The notes under the pieces: model-generated
Told to the model about the DNA's origin: nothing
Databases searched by the model: none
What the model saw: only the letters and a program-made list of their open reading frames with translations
Shown: one piece after another, positions 60,863-64,000 of the stretch
How the letters are laid out: each line of letters begins with the position of its first letter
Numbering within the stretch: position 1 is the first letter of the stretch
Program-made: the position numbers and the translations under genes
Assembly (NCBI RefSeq): GCF_036365525.1
Contig: NC_090375.1
Location: 199,011,864 to 199,075,863 of the forward strand
Direction of reading: 5' to 3'
DNA: 64,000 nucleotides
Source: Heterodontus francisci
Taxonomy: Eukaryota

Positions 60863-62585
60863 GCCTCCAAGGTAGGGGAGTGCAATTTTCCAGAACTTCA
60901 GCTTGAATTATTAACTAATTGACCAACTATATAAAAAAAAGTTGTACAGAGATGGCAGAGCCAGTGGTGTGCTGCAACTGCAGCATGTGGGAATCTGTGG
61001 AATGCACAGCAATCCCTGACAGCCATGTCTGCAGTAAGTGTCTGCAGCTTGCACGACTTCAGCTCAGAATTGCTGAGCTGGAGACTGAGTTGCAGACGTT
61101 GCGGAGCATCAAGGAGGGGGAGATATACCAGGACGCTTTGTTCCAGGAGGCAATCACACCCCTTAGAGTAGGGAGACCACTAGAGATGGCCAATGATCAG
61201 GGACAAGAGTGTGTGACTGTGAATGAGGCAGGTAGGGGAATCAGCATGTAGTGATGGAGGAGCCTCAGCCTCTGACCTTGTCCAACAGGTACGAACGAGG
61301 TCCTTGTTACCTGTGTGGATGAAGAGAAGAACTGCAAGGTTGATGAGTGGACTGACCATAACACCATGGTGAAAGATGCCATTCCATTGGGGGGAGTGAA
61401 GAGGAATGTGGCAGTGATAGGAGACAGTATAGTCTGGGGGATAGATACTGTTCTCTTAGCCATGACCAGGAGCTCCGACGGCTGTGTTGCCTGCCCAGTG
61501 CCAGGGTTAAGGACATCTTCTTGTGGCTGGAGAGGAACCTGGAGTGCAAGGGGAAGGATCCAGTTGTCGTGGTCCATGTGGGAACCAATGACATAGGTAG
61601 AACCAGAATTGATGTTCTGATTAGAGAATGAGGAGTTAGGGTCCAAACTAAAATGTAGAACCCCAAAGGTAATCATCTCCGGATTATTACCTGAGCCACA
61701 CGCAAATTGGCATAGGGTCAAGCAGAATAGAGAACTAAATGCATGGCTCAAAGAGTGGTGTGGGAAAAAGGGGTTTTGATTCTTGGGGCACTGGCATCAG
61801 TACTCAGGGAAGAGGGAGCTATTCTGTTGGGATGGACTTCACTTGAACGGGGCTGGAACCAGTATTCTGGCCAATCGCATAACTAGGGCTGTGGATGGGC
61901 TTTAAACTAACAGAGGGGTGTTGGGGGTGGTGGGGAGGGGTCAGGGAATTGGAGCAGGATGTGGGTAACTCCCAACAGAATGGGACAGGAAGGGACAGAG
62001 TTTAACAAAAATTGTACATAGGCAGATCAGGTCATTGCAGGGAATAGAGGTGAAAAAAATGAAATTAGAGTTCCTTTTATCTGAATGTATGAAGCATCTG
62101 TAATAAGATAAATGAACTAATGGCACGAATAGAGGTAAATGATCTAGATCTAATTGCCATTACCGAGCTATGGTTACAAGGAGATCAAGGTTGGGAAATG
62201 AATATTCTGGGGTACACAATATTTCGGAGATACAGACAGAATGATAGTAAAGGATGGCATAAGGACATTAATAAGAAGGGATCTGGCCTCAGAAGCTCAT
62301 GATGTAGGATAGGTTTGGGTGGAAATTACGAACATCAGGAGTCATTAAACACTGGTGGGATTAGTTTACAGGCCCCTTAACAGTAGTTATATTATTGGAC
62401 AGAACATTAAATGGAAAATTATTGGAGCATGTAAAAAAGTTAATGTATTAATTGTAGGGGCTTTAATCTGCATGTAGACTGCGACAATCAAATTGGCAAC
62501 TGTGGTCTAGAAGATGAATTTGTAGAATGCTTTCATGACAGTTTCTTGGAGCAATATGTTTTAGAACCAACTAGGGATAAAGCTA

Positions 62586-62771
62586 GAAATGCTGGAAATA
62601 CTCAGCAGGTCTGGCAGCATCTGTGGAGAGTGAAGCAGAAAGATGAAAGGTCACTGACCTGAAACGTTAACTCTGCTTCTCTCTCCACAGATGCTGCCCG
62701 ACCTGCTGAGTATTTCCAGCATTTCTTGTTTATTTCAGATTTCCTGCATCAGCAGTATTTTGCTTTTATTT
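62586..62771. mobile_element. 186-bp palindromic Penelope pLTR insertion with 14-bp TSD
   Basis: TAGGGATAAAGCTA at 62572-62585 and 62772-62785; inverted arms around GATGA-aaggtcactgacct-GAAACGTTAACT. Confidence 0.85.
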
Positions 62772-63506
62772 TAGGGATAAAGCTATCTTAGATCGCGTAT
62801 TGTGTAATGAAGCAGGTTTAATAAGCAATGTCATAGTAAAAGAACCACTGGGCAATAGTGATCATAATACCATTGAATTTCATGTTAAGTTTGAAAGTGA
62901 TACATTTCAATGACAAACAAGAATCTTAAACTTAAGCAAAGACAATTGCGAAGGTATGAGGGGAGAGCTGGCTAAGGATGATTGGATAAATAGACTGGAA
63001 GGTATGGTGGTAAATGAACAGTGAGAAACAGTTAAAGAAACAATTCAAAGTGTTCAACAAAAGTACATTCCATTCAAAAACAAAAACTCATTGAGAAAGA
63101 CCCATCCATGGCTCACTCAGGAATCTAAGGAGAATATTAGACTAAAAGAAGAGGCTTACAATGTTGCAAAAATAGTATCAAGTCTGAGGATTGGGACTGT
63201 TTTAGAAACTAGCAAAGGGCCACCAAAAAGTTGATAAAAAAGGAAAAAAAAAAGAATGAGAATAATCTAGCCAGTGATATAAAACAGATTATAAGAGCTT
63301 TTATAAGTATATAAAAAGGAAGAGAGTAGCTAAAGTAGATGCTGGTCCCTGAGAGACAGGATACATCATCATGGGGAATAAAGAAATGGCAGAGTCATTG
63401 AACAAATATTTTGTGTCTGTCTTCACAGTAGAAGATACAAATTCCATACCAGAAATAGGCAGTAACCTAGGGGCTAAAAAGAGTGAGGAAATTAAGGATA
63501 TTGATA

Positions 63507-63854
63507 TTTTTTTATTTTAAGATACAGCACTGAAACAGGCCCTACGGCTCACCGAGTCTGTGCCAACCAACAACCACCCATTTATACTAATTCTACATTA
63601 ACCCCATATTCTCTACCACATCCCCACCATTCTCCTACCACCTATCTACACTAGGGGCAATTTTTTTTTAACAGTGGCCAATTTACCTATCAACCTGCAA
63701 GTCTTTGGCTGTGGGAGGAAACCGGAGCACCCAACGGAAACCCACGCAGACACAGGGAGAACTTGCAAACTCTGCACAGGCAGTACCCAGAACTAAACCC
63801 GGGTCGCTGGAGCTGTGAGGCTGCGGTGCTAACCACTGCGCCACTGTGCCGCCC
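63507..63854 (-). mobile_element. Full-length HE1-type V-SINE
   Basis: Same head, V-domain and tail as the other copies; A-rich tail. Confidence 0.9.
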
Positions 63855-64000
63855 AGCCAAGAAAAAGTATTAGAGAAACTTGAGGGGCTAAAAACTGACA
63901 AGGACAAGGGACCAGATCAAGAAAAACATGCCTACATCCTAGGGTTCTAAAAGACATAGCTGCAGAGATAGTGGATGCACTGGCAACGATTTTCCAGAAT

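Larger units (their letters stand above)
60900..64000 (+). mobile_element. CR1 5' portion with ORF1 (zinc finger/leucine zipper and SGNH esterase) and ORF2 start, degenerate
   Basis: CCNCSMWE...HVCSKCLQLARLQLRIAELETEL; IGDSIV; VVHVGTNDIG; WDGLHLN; DLIAITELW. Confidence 0.9.

Overview
Vertebrate genomic DNA, almost certainly from a cartilaginous fish (HE1-type V-SINEs, CR1/HER1 LINEs, DeuSINE-like SINEs, Penelope and Harbinger elements). Most of the window is transposon-derived. Host genic content is limited to (i) the signal-peptide first exon and CpG-island promoter of an unidentified minus-strand gene (ATG at 1429) and (ii) one intact T-cell receptor gamma-type V segment (leader 51848-51890, V exon 51973-52285, 23-RSS 52286-52324), probably the 5' edge of the TRG locus. 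The most unusual signal is a ~3.3-kb APE-RT LINE (14196-17487, further copies at 57920-60749 and 45036-45712). It has no ORF1, begins with a tRNA-derived A-box/B-box head, has no in-frame AUG before the endonuclease, and its sense strand lacks TTTT until a T5 at the extreme 3' end. This looks like a Pol III-transcribed protein-coding retrotransposon with a partner SINE made of its two ends. Other highlights: a decayed retrovirus with dual RNase H, tRNA-Arg PBS and an env remnant resembling lokiretroviruses; a 127-bp NXT mRNA-like fragment inserted antisense inside a CR1; two Penelope families with minimal hammerhead ribozymes; a composite DR5/DR2 retinoic-acid response element; and a strong CTCF motif. 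All calls were read by eye; repeat boundaries are approximate unless a TSD or terminal motif is cited.
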